Part shown: in pieces, positions 30,288 through 39,473 of the stretch | Layout: the number at the start of each line of letters is the position of its first letter | Position numbering within the stretch: position 1 is the stretch's first letter | Assembly: GCA_033762915.1 (NCBI GenBank) | Contig: JANRLD010000050.1 | Span: forward strand, 1 to 64,000 | Source of the DNA: Meiothermus sp. | Lineage (GTDB): Bacteria; Deinococcota; Deinococci; Deinococcales; Thermaceae | Length of the DNA stretch: 64,000 nucleotides | Direction of reading: 5' to 3' | Position numbers and translations under genes: made by a program | The notes under the pieces: model-generated | What the model was told of the DNA's origin: nothing | Seen by the model: only the letters and a program-made list of their open reading frames with translations | Databases searched by the model: none

Positions 30288-30576
30288 GGCGGCTCCTGTC
30301 GGGCCGGGCCTTGGCCAGCGCCAAGGGGGCGAAGTCGGTCTCGGCGAGCCGCAGGCCGCAGGCCCGGGCTTCCTGCTCGAGCCACCGCGACAGCGAATCG
30401 TCTGAGGCGGGGTCCAGCTCGGTCGGGGGGGTCTCCGGGGTCTGCCAGACCAGCGGGCCGCAGCCGTGGGTCAGGCTTACCAGCTCGCGCCGCAGGTGGA
30501 CGGCAAAGGGGCCGCCGCCCTCGACCCGCGCCCGGCTATACACGGTGGTTCCGTCACTGAACTTCCAGTAAAACAT
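30265..30576 (-). CDS. Hypothetical protein
   Basis: MFYWKFSDGTTVYS..., GC-rich codon usage, coupled to the CBM48 gene. Confidence 0.55.
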   Translation of the reverse strand: MFYWKFSDGTTVYSRARVEGGGPFAVHLRRELVSLTHGCGPLVWQTPETPPTELDPASDDSLSRWLEQEARACGLRLAETDFAPLALAKARPDRSRRDPVASR

Positions 30577-30919
30577 CGCTGCCCCCGTTCTCGCCGGGGT
30601 CGCGTGCCCCGGCGGCGTGCAAGACGCCGAGCCTCTAGGCGGGCGCGGCCACGGGCCGCGCCGCCCTCTGCTCACTTGAGGAGTTGTGGTAGTGCGGCTC
30701 GAGGCCGCTAAATCGCTCAGGAACTGGAGGTTAACAGCCCCAGCTGAGACCGGGCTGTGCCACATCTGACCGGGCCCTGAGTTTTGGCTGAGCAGTGATT
30801 CGGCTGATCGCCTCTGGCCATCGCAGCGCCTTCGGAAGACTCCCGCGATTCCCGCTGGGGGAGCAGACAGCTCAACCTATCGGACGCACTCGGCCCGAAA
30901 AACGTCCCCTGCTGGCCTT

Positions 30920-31008
30920 TCGCGTTTCCCACCCTTACCTCCCTCGTGGCGGCAGGCAATGTACCTACAGCGAAAACCCCTGTAGGGAGTACACGTGGGA
31001 ACCGCTCT
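30920..31008 (+). mobile_element. MITE-like repeat family A (short variant)
   Basis: CGCGTTTCCCACCCTTACCTCCCTCGTGGCGGCAGG...GTGGGAACCGCTC. Confidence 0.8.
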
Positions 31009-31025
31009 TGATCAGTTGATGGCCC

Positions 31026-31313
31026 CTACAAGGCGTCCACGGCGGCGGCCGCCTGTAGGTCGAGATCGGTGACTCCGCCCGCCGAGTGAGTTACGTAGGC
31101 CACACGGACCTTGCACCACATGATCTCGAGGCTGTCGGGGTGGTGATCAGCCTTCTCGGCCGCGATGGCGACCTTCACCGCGAAGGCCACGCCGCCTGAG
31201 TAGGCGTCGAAGGTGTAGGTCTTCTCGATTCGGCCCCCCGCCAGCGCCCAGCCGGGGAGGTCTTGCAGGCCTGCATGTATCTCGGCCTCGCTCAGTTTGC
31301 TTCGGTTGCCCAT
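31026..31313 (-). CDS. Pterin-4-alpha-carbinolamine dehydratase
   Basis: AEKADHHPD, THSAGGVTDLD. Confidence 0.9.
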   Translation of the reverse strand: MGNRSKLSEAEIHAGLQDLPGWALAGGRIEKTYTFDAYSGGVAFAVKVAIAAEKADHHPDSLEIMWCKVRVAYVTHSAGGVTDLDLQAAAAVDAL

Positions 31314-31382
31314 GACCAGGAGCCTAGCCCGAATGCGCGGTCTCGAGGTGGAGGCGAGCTACCTTCGCTCTAAGGGTCTCTA

Positions 31383-31527
31383 TAGTTGCAATGCAAAATG
31401 TCGCCTGCCAGCTCCCGCAGGGAGTTGCGTCTCGGGTAGCCGCTCCGCGGCTATGGCGTACGCCACTTCGCCCAGGCACGTATCTACCGCTTCCGCCGCT
31501 TCCGCACTTCTACCCTGGCGCAACTTA
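31383..31527. mobile_element. MITE-like repeat family B
   Basis: Ends AGTTGC...GCAACT, internal palindromes TAGCCGCTCCGCGGCTA and TGGCGTACGCCA; second copy at 45380. Confidence 0.8.
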
Positions 31528-31624
31528 AAGGCGGCGGGTTGGGCCGGGATTTGCCCGAAGCCAGTCGGTACGGCAAGAGGGGGGGCAAAACCGGGCGTCT
31601 GCAACTGGGTGCGTACCACCCCGG

Positions 31625-32062
31625 TCAATCGAGGGGGTCTCTGGCGGTCTGCTTGGTTTCGGGCATGAAGCCCGCGAAGGCGTAGACCTCGTCTCCGCCG
31701 TCGCTGACGTGCAGCTCGGCCATCCCGTCGCGCACCATCTCGCGCAGGTGCTCCCTGGCCTCGTCGGCCCCCAGGCCGGTACCCAGCACCACCTCGGCCA
31801 GGGTGATGCGCCCCTTGTTTTGCTTGGCCAGGGCCAGGATCCGCTGCTCCGGGGTCGGCCCAGCGGGCCGGGACCGGCTCTGGCTGTTGCGGGCCAGCCG
31901 GTAGCCCAGCCAGCCGATCACGGCGAAAAACACCCCCAGCCCGGCCACGACGCCCGGCTCGGTCTCGCCGGTTTCGCCACTCAGCAACTCGCCCAGCGCC
32001 GCCAGCACAAAGAAACCACTCGAGGCCACGATAAACCAGCCCAGACAGCCCATAGGGTTCAT
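31625..32062 (-). CDS. Hypothetical membrane protein with C-terminal winged-helix-like domain
   Basis: Two TM helices then EQRILALAKQNKGRITLAEVVLGTGLGADEAREHL. Confidence 0.75.
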   Translation of the reverse strand: MNPMGCLGWFIVASSGFFVLAALGELLSGETGETEPGVVAGLGVFFAVIGWLGYRLARNSQSRSRPAGPTPEQRILALAKQNKGRITLAEVVLGTGLGADEAREHLREMVRDGMAELHVSDGGDEVYAFAGFMPETKQTARDPLD

Positions 32063-32218
32063 GTGGCCGAATTATAGCCTCGAGTTGGCCTCCCGACCGG
32101 GTCGAAACGCCTCGAGCTGTGCGGGGGCCACGGCGGTTCTCGAGTCATCCCGACACTCCCCCACCGCCCGCCCGGCAGACGCGAAGAGGTTTTTGCTGAG
32201 TTTAAGACTGAAACCTGA

Positions 32219-32237
32219 TATAACGCGGGGATAACGC
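32219..32237 (+). promoter_or_regulatory. Heptamer direct repeat TATAACGC-N4-ATAACGC upstream of ATPase regulator
   Basis: ATAACGC at 32220-32226 and 32231-32237; matches the motif at 6092-6110. Confidence 0.65.
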
Positions 32238-32271
32238 ACCGCCCAGTAGAGTCGGGCGGACAGGGGGCGGC

Positions 32272-35200
32272 ATGGCGGATTCTGCGCGGACGACGGAGAC
32301 CGGCTTGGATGTCGGTAAGCGGCTCAAGGGGCTGCTGCTCAAGCGCTCGGGGCTGGCGCTGGGGCTCTGGGGCGAGGCTGGCATCGGCAAGACCCACGCC
32401 GCCCAGGCCCTGCTGCGCCAGACCCCGTGTACCAGCTTCAGTCTGCACAGCGCAGCGCCCCTGAAGCGCTGGCTGGAGGTCCTCCCCCGTCCCAAGGCCC
32501 TCGATCCCTGGGCCGCGCGCATCCTGGATCGCCTCGCCGCCGGGGACTCCGCGGCCAACGCCGCCGAGGCCTTGGGGGCGCTGCTGGCGAAGCTGGCCCC
32601 GGTGGTGCTTCACCTCGAGGACCTGCACGAGGCCGACGCCGAGCGGGCCGGGCTCATCGCCCAACTGGCCGCGATGGCCCCGCGCAGCAAGGGCGTCGGG
32701 CTGCTGATCACCAGCCGGGGTGGGTTGCCGGCCGCGCTCGATGCCGTCGAGATCGAGCGCCTGTCCGCCCTCGACGCTAGGGGGCTGCTCGAGGCCCAGG
32801 CCGGCGCGGAACTGCCCGCCGAGGCGATCGGGTGGATCTTCGCACGGGCCTCGGGCAACCCGCTGTTCACCCTCGAGTACTTTCGCCACCTCTCGCGCAT
32901 GGGCAACCTCTGGAACGACGGCCGGCGCTGGCGCTGGCGCGCACCGGAGCAGCACCAGATGCCAAGCACCGTCGAGGCGCTGCTCGAGCGCAGGCTGCGT
33001 GAGGCCGCCGATACCCCCGAACTTGAAGGGTTGCTCGAGGCCAAGGCCTTTCTGGGGGCAGAAGACACCGCGCTGGCCGAAGTCACGGGTATGGCTCCTG
33101 GGGTGCTGGCCAATTGCCTGCGTTTGCTCGAGGCGCGGGGAATTTTGCTGCGCGGGGAGTTCGCCCACCCACTGTTGCGCGAGGTGTTGCTGCAAAACCT
33201 GCCGCGCGAACGCCGGGCTGAACTGGCGAGGCGGGCGCTGGCCTCCCTGGCGAAACACCCGGCCCAGGTGGCGGCCTTCCTGGACGACGCCGGGCTGGCC
33301 CCGGCCCAGGCGCGGGCCTGGCTTGAACGTGCGGCCGAGGCCGCCCAGGCGGCGGGCGACGGTTTGCAGGCCGGGCGGTTGAAGGCCAGGGCAGTTCCCT
33401 ACATCGCCGACGAGGCCGAGCGCGGGCGGCGTGCCTTAGAGGCCGCGGTGGCGCTCTACCCCTACGACCTGAGCCAGTCCATCGCGCTGCTCGAGGCCGC
33501 CTGGGCGGTGCGTGCGGGCGACTTCGAGGTCTACAAGCACCTGCTGGTCGAGCTGGCCGAGGCGGGCCGCAGGGCCGAGGTGGAGCGGCTGTTCGAGGTT
33601 TTCCCCGCCGAAGACCGCCACAGCCAGCGGGGCTTCATGCTGACCCTGCACGCCTGGCACTACCTCGACCGCTACGCCGAGGTACTCAGGCTGTGGGAGG
33701 CCAAGCCCGAGCTGCACGCGGGCATCTCCCCGTTCATCCTGCGCAACGTGGCCTACGCCAAGGCCGCGTTGGGTGACCCCGCCGGTGCGACGGCGCTGGC
33801 CCAGGAGGCGCTGGCTCGGCCTGACCTCACGGTGCTTCAGCGGGTGGTGCTGCTCGAGGCCTGCGGCTTTGCAGGCAGCAACAGCTCGGACTTCGCCGCC
33901 GCTGAAGGCTTCTACGACCAGGCCATCGCGCTTTTCGAGGCCGATGGCCAGGCCCACCGCTCGGGCTCGCTGCTGTTCAACCGCGCCATTGCCCGGCTGT
34001 CGCTGGGCCGCTTCGCCGAGGCGCGGGGCGACGCCGAGCGGGCGCTCGAGCTGGCCGCCGAGGGCGCTCAGCCGCTGTTCTACGCCAACGCCCAGCTGGC
34101 CCTGGGGGTCGTGCTGACCGAGCAGGGCCACTACGACCGCGCCGAGGAGGCACTGCAAGCCTGCCATGCCCACTACCGGCAGGCCGGGCTCGGCGGCTGG
34201 CAGGTCGACGCGGAACTCCAGCTGGGCGAGCTGTACCGCGCCTGGCCCCTGCCGCACGCCGAGGTCTTGGCGCAGAAGCACGCCTTCGCCGCGCTGCGGC
34301 TGGCCCAGACCTTGGAGGACCGGCGCTACGCCGCCGGCGCGACCCGCGGCGCCGCGCTGACCGAGGCCCGCTTCGGCTCGCCCCAGCGGGCCTTGACGCT
34401 GGCCGAGCAGGGCTACGCGGCGGCCGCTGGGCTGGGTGAGCCGATGGGTTTGTGCCAGGCCCTGTGCGCACGGGCGACGGCGCACGCCGCGCTGGGTCAG
34501 ACCCGGCAGGCGGTCGAGGATTTTCGGCAGGCCCAGGAGCACGCCCGGCAGGTGGGGGCTCGACACGAGGTCGGGAAGATCGGCCTCGAGCTGGCCCGCC
34601 TCGAGAACGACCTCAGCAGTGCCCGCGAGCACCTGCGCTGGTTCGAGGCGAACGGCCTGATGAACGGGGCCAACCTGGCCCACCGCCTGTTCCCCGAACT
34701 CGCCGCGCAGCCCGGGCCGGTTCGGGGCGAGGCGGGGGTGCGCCTCGAGGTGCTCGGCCCGATGCAGATCGTCGGTGGGGAGGGCGGTCAGCCGGTGCGC
34801 GGCCAGAAGCGGCGGGAGCTTCTGGCCCTGCTGCTTGAGGCCCGCGTCTCAGGCCGCCGCGAGGCGGGCAAGCTCGAGTTGCTCGAGGCCCTCTACCCCG
34901 GCGCCGACGAACTCCAGGCCGCTACCGCGCTCAGGGACATGGTGTACCAGTTGCGCGAACTCTTCGGGCAGGGCTTGGTCCAGACCACCGACGGCGGCTA
35001 TGCGCTGGGCGAGGTGGGGTCGGACGCCGAGCTGTTCTTGCGGTCGGGCGACACCAGGCTGTGGCGGGGTGCTTACCTTGAGGGCGTCGGCCTCGAGGCG
35101 GGCGACACCGTGCGCGAGGCGCTGCACCTCAAACTCCGCGCCCGCGCCGAGGCGCTGCTTGAGGCCGACCCTACCGAGGCCGTGCGGGTCGGGAAGATTC

Positions 35201-35373
35201 TGCTCGAGGCCGATCCCTACTCGCCCGAAAGCCTGCGCCTGACCTTGCGCGCGCTGCAGGCACTCAAGAACCACAAGGGGCTGAGCCGGACGTATGCCAG
35301 GGCCAAGGAGAACTGGCTGGAGGTGGGGGAGCGGCTGCCGGAAAGCTGGGCCGAGTTCGTGGCGGGTGGGTAG
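32272..35373 (+). CDS. STAND-like AAA ATPase-TPR-wHTH/BTAD transcriptional regulator
   Basis: GEAGIGKT, LHLEDLH, GNPLF, FAHPLLRE, TPRs, C-terminal RLEVLGPMQ...LWRGAY. Confidence 0.88.
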   Translation: MADSARTTETGLDVGKRLKGLLLKRSGLALGLWGEAGIGKTHAAQALLRQTPCTSFSLHSAAPLKRWLEVLPRPKALDPWAARILDRLAAGDSAANAAEALGALLAKLAPVVLHLEDLHEADAERAGLIAQLAAMAPRSKGVGLLITSRGGLPAALDAVEIERLSALDARGLLEAQAGAELPAEAIGWIFARASGNPLFTLEYFRHLSRMGNLWNDGRRWRWRAPEQHQMPSTVEALLERRLREAADTPELEGLLEAKAFLGAEDTALAEVTGMAPGVLANCLRLLEARGILLRGEFAHPLLREVLLQNLPRERRAELARRALASLAKHPAQVAAFLDDAGLAPAQARAWLERAAEAAQAAGDGLQAGRLKARAVPYIADEAERGRRALEAAVALYPYDLSQSIALLEAAWAVRAGDFEVYKHLLVELAEAGRRAEVERLFEVFPAEDRHSQRGFMLTLHAWHYLDRYAEVLRLWEAKPELHAGISPFILRNVAYAKAALGDPAGATALAQEALARPDLTVLQRVVLLEACGFAGSNSSDFAAAEGFYDQAIALFEADGQAHRSGSLLFNRAIARLSLGRFAEARGDAERALELAAEGAQPLFYANAQLALGVVLTEQGHYDRAEEALQACHAHYRQAGLGGWQVDAELQLGELYRAWPLPHAEVLAQKHAFAALRLAQTLEDRRYAAGATRGAALTEARFGSPQRALTLAEQGYAAAAGLGEPMGLCQALCARATAHAALGQTRQAVEDFRQAQEHARQVGARHEVGKIGLELARLENDLSSAREHLRWFEANGLMNGANLAHRLFPELAAQPGPVRGEAGVRLEVLGPMQIVGGEGGQPVRGQKRRELLALLLEARVSGRREAGKLELLEALYPGADELQAATALRDMVYQLRELFGQGLVQTTDGGYALGEVGSDAELFLRSGDTRLWRGAYLEGVGLEAGDTVREALHLKLRARAEALLEADPTEAVRVGKILLEADPYSPESLRLTLRALQALKNHKGLSRTYARAKENWLEVGERLPESWAEFVAGG

Positions 35374-35468
35374 GCGGGGCCGGGGGAAAGGGGCCGCCGG
35401 GCAGGGAGGACGGCAGGGCGTATGGGTGATGCGCCCCTTCTCGCCGTTCTGCTGCCCCAAAGGCGGCG

Positions 35469-36758
35469 CTACCGCAGTGGTAGGCCGCTGGGGGCGAGGT
35501 TGAAGGCCAGGCCATAGGGGGCTCGAGACAGGTCGGGGCCGCTGAAGCTGCGGGTGGGCCTGACCTGCTGGCCCAGCCCGGGCCGCTGGGCTGCGGGGGC
35601 GTACATCAGGATCAGGTTCTGGCTGCCGTTGAAATCGGTGACCCAGAGGTTGCCGCCGTTGTCGAAGGCCATCGCGCCGAAGAGGAAGCTGGGGGTGTCG
35701 GTCTGGAGCTGGATGTCGGGCTGGGCGGCGGTGTTGCCGAGCCGGGCCTTAGGGTAGCGGAACAGCCAGCCTATGGTGCTGACCCAGAGGTTGCCAGAGG
35801 CGTCGAAGGCCAGTCCCTGGGGGGCGATGGGGCTGGTGGCGGAGCCCCCCGTGAGGCTGAAGTCGGGGGTCGGGCTGCCGCTGCCGGCGATCTTGCTGGG
35901 CGCGAAGCCCAGAACCTGGCTGCGGCTGGTGGCGGAGTCGGCCACCCAGAGGTTGCCCGTGCTATCGAAGGCCAGCCCCGCGGGGCTCGAGAAGCCCCTC
36001 AGGGTGCGGTCGGCGCGGAGGCTGTTGGTCGCGGCGGCCAGGGTGTGGGCCGAGAAGTAGACCACCTTCCCGCCGCCCGATACCCACAGCCCGCCTTCGC
36101 CGTCGAAAGCCAGGCCCCAGGGTCCGTCGAGGTCGGGGCTGCTCAGGACGCGCAGCGGCCTGAGGGCGGGGTCGCGGCTGCCGAGCTGGGAGACGCTGTA
36201 CTGCACCAACCGATTCTGTCGGAAGCTGGCGACCCAGAGGTTGCCGCCCGCGTCGAAGGCGATGTCCTGCGGGCTGTCCACTGAGGCGTCCTGGCCCAGC
36301 CGGGCGCTGGCGCTGAGGGCGGTGCTGCTCGAGGCCAGGTCGCCCGCGTCGAAGCCCAGCAGAAGCGGCGTGCCTTCGTTGATAAAGCTCAAGCCGGTCC
36401 ACAGCTTGCCGCTGCCGGGAGCCTGGGCGTAGCTCACGTTGGCGCTGGCGCTCCCGTTCACCGCGACGGTCTGCGGGTCGGCGCTGAAGGCGGTGTCGGT
36501 GGTGGTTCCGCCCGTACGGCGGACGCTCTGCGGCAGCAGGTAGTAGTTGCCCGCCGCCAGCGGGGAAAGGGTGGTGCTGGCGCTGAGGGTCTGGCGGAAG
36601 TTGTTGGGGCCGAGCACCAGGACCCTCGGGGTGACGCCCCCGGGGGCGCTGAGGGTTATCTGAAGGCTGCCTTCGGGGCTGCCGCCCGCACCGCAGGCCG
36701 AAAGCAGCCCCGCCAGCCCCAGCAACAGCATGCCCATCGTCGAGTTTAGTCTGGTCAT
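35469..36758 (-). CDS. Lipoprotein with NHL-like beta-propeller repeats
   Basis: Lipobox LLSA-C; repeated (G/D)(L/I/M)AFDxxGNLWV units. Confidence 0.85.
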   Translation of the reverse strand: MTRLNSTMGMLLLGLAGLLSACGAGGSPEGSLQITLSAPGGVTPRVLVLGPNNFRQTLSASTTLSPLAAGNYYLLPQSVRRTGGTTTDTAFSADPQTVAVNGSASANVSYAQAPGSGKLWTGLSFINEGTPLLLGFDAGDLASSSTALSASARLGQDASVDSPQDIAFDAGGNLWVASFRQNRLVQYSVSQLGSRDPALRPLRVLSSPDLDGPWGLAFDGEGGLWVSGGGKVVYFSAHTLAAATNSLRADRTLRGFSSPAGLAFDSTGNLWVADSATSRSQVLGFAPSKIAGSGSPTPDFSLTGGSATSPIAPQGLAFDASGNLWVSTIGWLFRYPKARLGNTAAQPDIQLQTDTPSFLFGAMAFDNGGNLWVTDFNGSQNLILMYAPAAQRPGLGQQVRPTRSFSGPDLSRAPYGLAFNLAPSGLPLR

Positions 36759-36790
36759 GACGTTCTCCTTGGCCTAAGGATCGCTCGGCG

Positions 36791-36831
36791 CCGGTCAGAC
36801 GGCGGTCGGAAATAGGCCAGGTTTTGTCCGG
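36791..36831 (-). promoter_or_regulatory. Shared cis-element upstream of the leftward lipoprotein gene
   Basis: Minus strand CCGGACAAAA-N11-TCCGACCGCCGTCTGACCGG; mirror copy at 36959-36999. Confidence 0.7.
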
Positions 36832-36958
36832 GGCTCTGGGGGGCTCGAGTCAGCCGTACGCCCGCCCCTCCGACATCAGGGCGTGGGCGCGGAGACCCGA
36901 GGGCGTCGGTCCGCTCGGGGGTACCCGCGCCCTGTGCAAGAGCCGTACCAGGGCTCGA

Positions 36959-36999
36959 GCGGACAAAAACCCCGCAAAATCCGATCGCCGTCTGACCGG
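36959..36999 (+). promoter_or_regulatory. Shared cis-element upstream of the rightward zinc-ribbon/lipoprotein operon
   Basis: GCGGACAAAA-N11-TCCGATCGCCGTCTGACCGG. Confidence 0.7.
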
Positions 37000-37039
37000 C
37001 CCTGCCGCATCCTGATCCTCAGAGAAAGGGAGGTGGGCG

Positions 37040-37258
37040 GTGGGAAATGCGACGAAGACAGATTTGCGCTTTCGGCTGTGCCCGCGCTGCTCGAGGGCCG
37101 TTCCCGTGTCCTCAGAGGAGCGCTTCTGCATCAACGATGGCACCCGGATGATGGAGGGCTGCCCCCACTGCGGGGCCGCCATCACCAGCCCGTATGCCCG
37201 TTTTTGCGGCGCGTGCGGGCTCGAGTTTGTTCAGACTTTGGGACGGAGGGAGAACTGA
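37040..37258 (+). CDS. Small double zinc-ribbon protein
   Basis: CPRC...FCINDG...CPHC...FCGAC; GGGAGG RBS; stop 2 nt before the next ATG. Confidence 0.8.
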   Translation: MGNATKTDLRFRLCPRCSRAVPVSSEERFCINDGTRMMEGCPHCGAAITSPYARFCGACGLEFVQTLGRREN

Positions 37259-37260
37259 AT

Positions 37261-39411
37261 ATGGGTGCCTTGAGATGGCTCATTGGGCCGACGCTGGTTG
37301 TTCTAACCGCCTGCGGGGGCCAAACCCCACCCGACGACAGCGACGCCCCGGTTCCCCCGGTCATCCCGCCCACCACTAAGGTGAGCGACAGCGCCACCCG
37401 CGCCGCCCTGACTGCCTACGACCCCGCCAGTGGGACGATGCGCTTTGCCCAGAGCACCCCCGCCCTGGCCGGCCTTCAGCCCGACGACGTGCTGGCCTCG
37501 GAGCCCTCGAGCGCGGCCCCGGATGGCTACTTGCGCAAGGTCAAGGCCATCCGCAAGGAGGGGGGCGGGGTGGTGCTCGAGACCGTACAGGCCAGCCTGC
37601 CCGAGGCCATCTCGGAGGGCTCGCTCAACGCCAGCGGCGAGCTTACGCCCGCCGATCTGCGCTCTTCGGTGGCGCTGCTGCCGGGCGTGACCGTAGGTGC
37701 GGCAGAGCCCAAGGCGGCGGGGGTGAACTCCCAACTGGACATCGGCGATGGCTTTAAGTTCAAGGTCAGCTTCGACAGGACCGTGCTCGATGTGAACGAG
37801 GGGCCGGTTAAGGTCAAGGTGCAGGTCTCCGGCTCGGCCTACTTCAACGCGGGCTACAACTTCGGCCTCAGCATCCGCGGCCCCAGCCTGATCCCGCCCC
37901 GGCTGCCGGCCCTGACCCGCCTCGAGGCCTGGGTCGGCTTCGACCAGCGCTCGAGCCTGCGCATCTGGGGCGACGCCAACGCCAAGCTCTCCAAGGACAT
38001 CAAGGTAGCCGAGCAGCGCTTCGCGCCCAAATGCTTCTCTATCGGGCCGGTGCCGGTCTGCGTGGTGCCCACGCTGTACATCTTCGTGGGGGCCAGCGGC
38101 GAGGTGAGCCTGAGTTTCGACTACTCCGCAGTGCAGACCTCCTACGCCAAGATCGGCACCAAGTGGACCAACCGCGACGGCTGGAAGAAGCTCGAGCCCA
38201 CCCCCCGCTACGACGCCACCTTCGACCAGAACTTCGTGGTCAACGCGGGGCTCAAGGCCAGCGTCTTCACCCGCGCCGAGGGCGCCCTCATGATCTACGG
38301 CGTTGGCGGCCCCACCGTGGGCGTCAAGGCGGGCCTCGAGCTCGACGGGGCGGTGCCCCGCAACCCGGTCTGGATTCTCTCGGGATACCTCGAGGGCTAC
38401 GTCAGCTTCATCGTGGACCTGCCCATCTTCGGTCGGCTTTCCGAGACCAGCGAGGTGGTGCTCACCTTCAAAAAGGAGCTGGGCCGCTCGCCCAACCGGC
38501 CGCCCATCCTTACCCTGACCGGGCGCTCGCCCGACGTGCCGCTGGGTCTGCCGGTGGGCCTCGGCAACGGCTGCGACCTTCTGGGTAGCTACTTCTACGC
38601 AGCGCGGGACGCCGAGGACGGCTGCTCGGTGGCGGTCACGGTGACCTCGAGCCGTGACGGAGCCCTGCCGCCCGCCCACACCTTCCAGAGCAGTGGCCCC
38701 CGCACCCTCACGGTGGTGGCCAGGGACACCAACGGCGCCACCGCGCAGGCCAGCTTCGCCGTTAACGTGGTCAACACCCCGCCCACCGTCTACGGCAACC
38801 TGGGCAGCTCCACCATCCAGGCCACCGTCCCGGCCTACTTCAGCGTCGCCGCCCTCGACCCCAACACCGGCCCGGTCGACTGCGGCGCGATCACCCTCAG
38901 CGGCTTCGCGGTGCAGACCATAAGCGCGGTGGGCGGCGACTGCCGCTACAGCGTGACCTTCCCTCAGCCCGGCACCCAGACCCTCCTCGCCACCGCCCGC
39001 GACCCTCAGGGCACCCTGAGCGAGCCCAAGAGCTTCACTGTGCAGGTCGGCCCGGCGCCGGTGGTCCCGCCGCCGGTCTGGCAGATTCCGCCGGGCCTCG
39101 AGGTACGCGACACCGCCAACCGCTTGATCCCCAGCGAGACCGAGGTGGAGGTGGCCTGCGCCTATACAGTGCGGCTGTCGGCCCGGGCTACCGACCCCGG
39201 CGGCAGAACCGTGACCTACCTCTGGCAGGAGTTCTACCCCAATGGAACCGCCCGCACCCTCACCCCCGCCGCCGACGGCACCGTAACTACCGGAGTGGGG
39301 CGCGAGTACACCGGCCGCGTGCGCTACCAGGTCACCGCCAGCAACGGCGCCTCGAGCAACAATCCGCTCAGCCAGTACGTGCGCTACGTGGCGGGGGTTT
39401 GTGTCAAGTGA
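37261..39411 (+). CDS. Large beta-rich lipoprotein with Ig/PKD-like C-terminal domains
   Basis: MGALRWLIGPTLVVLTA-CGG lipobox; NRPP/NTPP linkers, ARDxxG Ig-like motifs. Confidence 0.8.
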   Translation: MGALRWLIGPTLVVLTACGGQTPPDDSDAPVPPVIPPTTKVSDSATRAALTAYDPASGTMRFAQSTPALAGLQPDDVLASEPSSAAPDGYLRKVKAIRKEGGGVVLETVQASLPEAISEGSLNASGELTPADLRSSVALLPGVTVGAAEPKAAGVNSQLDIGDGFKFKVSFDRTVLDVNEGPVKVKVQVSGSAYFNAGYNFGLSIRGPSLIPPRLPALTRLEAWVGFDQRSSLRIWGDANAKLSKDIKVAEQRFAPKCFSIGPVPVCVVPTLYIFVGASGEVSLSFDYSAVQTSYAKIGTKWTNRDGWKKLEPTPRYDATFDQNFVVNAGLKASVFTRAEGALMIYGVGGPTVGVKAGLELDGAVPRNPVWILSGYLEGYVSFIVDLPIFGRLSETSEVVLTFKKELGRSPNRPPILTLTGRSPDVPLGLPVGLGNGCDLLGSYFYAARDAEDGCSVAVTVTSSRDGALPPAHTFQSSGPRTLTVVARDTNGATAQASFAVNVVNTPPTVYGNLGSSTIQATVPAYFSVAALDPNTGPVDCGAITLSGFAVQTISAVGGDCRYSVTFPQPGTQTLLATARDPQGTLSEPKSFTVQVGPAPVVPPPVWQIPPGLEVRDTANRLIPSETEVEVACAYTVRLSARATDPGGRTVTYLWQEFYPNGTARTLTPAADGTVTTGVGREYTGRVRYQVTASNGASSNNPLSQYVRYVAGVCVK

Positions 39412-39473
39412 GGCGAGCGCTGGGGCATCGGGTGAGCCAACTGCCCCACATTCCACCACCCAAGGAGGTTAAG

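Noticed and set aside
36987..36996. GCCGTCTGA resembling the Neisseria DNA uptake sequence
   Set aside because: The next base differs from GCCGTCTGAA, it was noticed only within the promoter motif pair, and the lineage is wrong
36883..37260. N-terminal extensions of ORF-track calls (36883, 39399, 41158, 45458, 52724, 56303, 26295, 10611)
   Set aside because: True starts lie downstream, judged from lipoboxes, RBS or -10 positions and family N-termini
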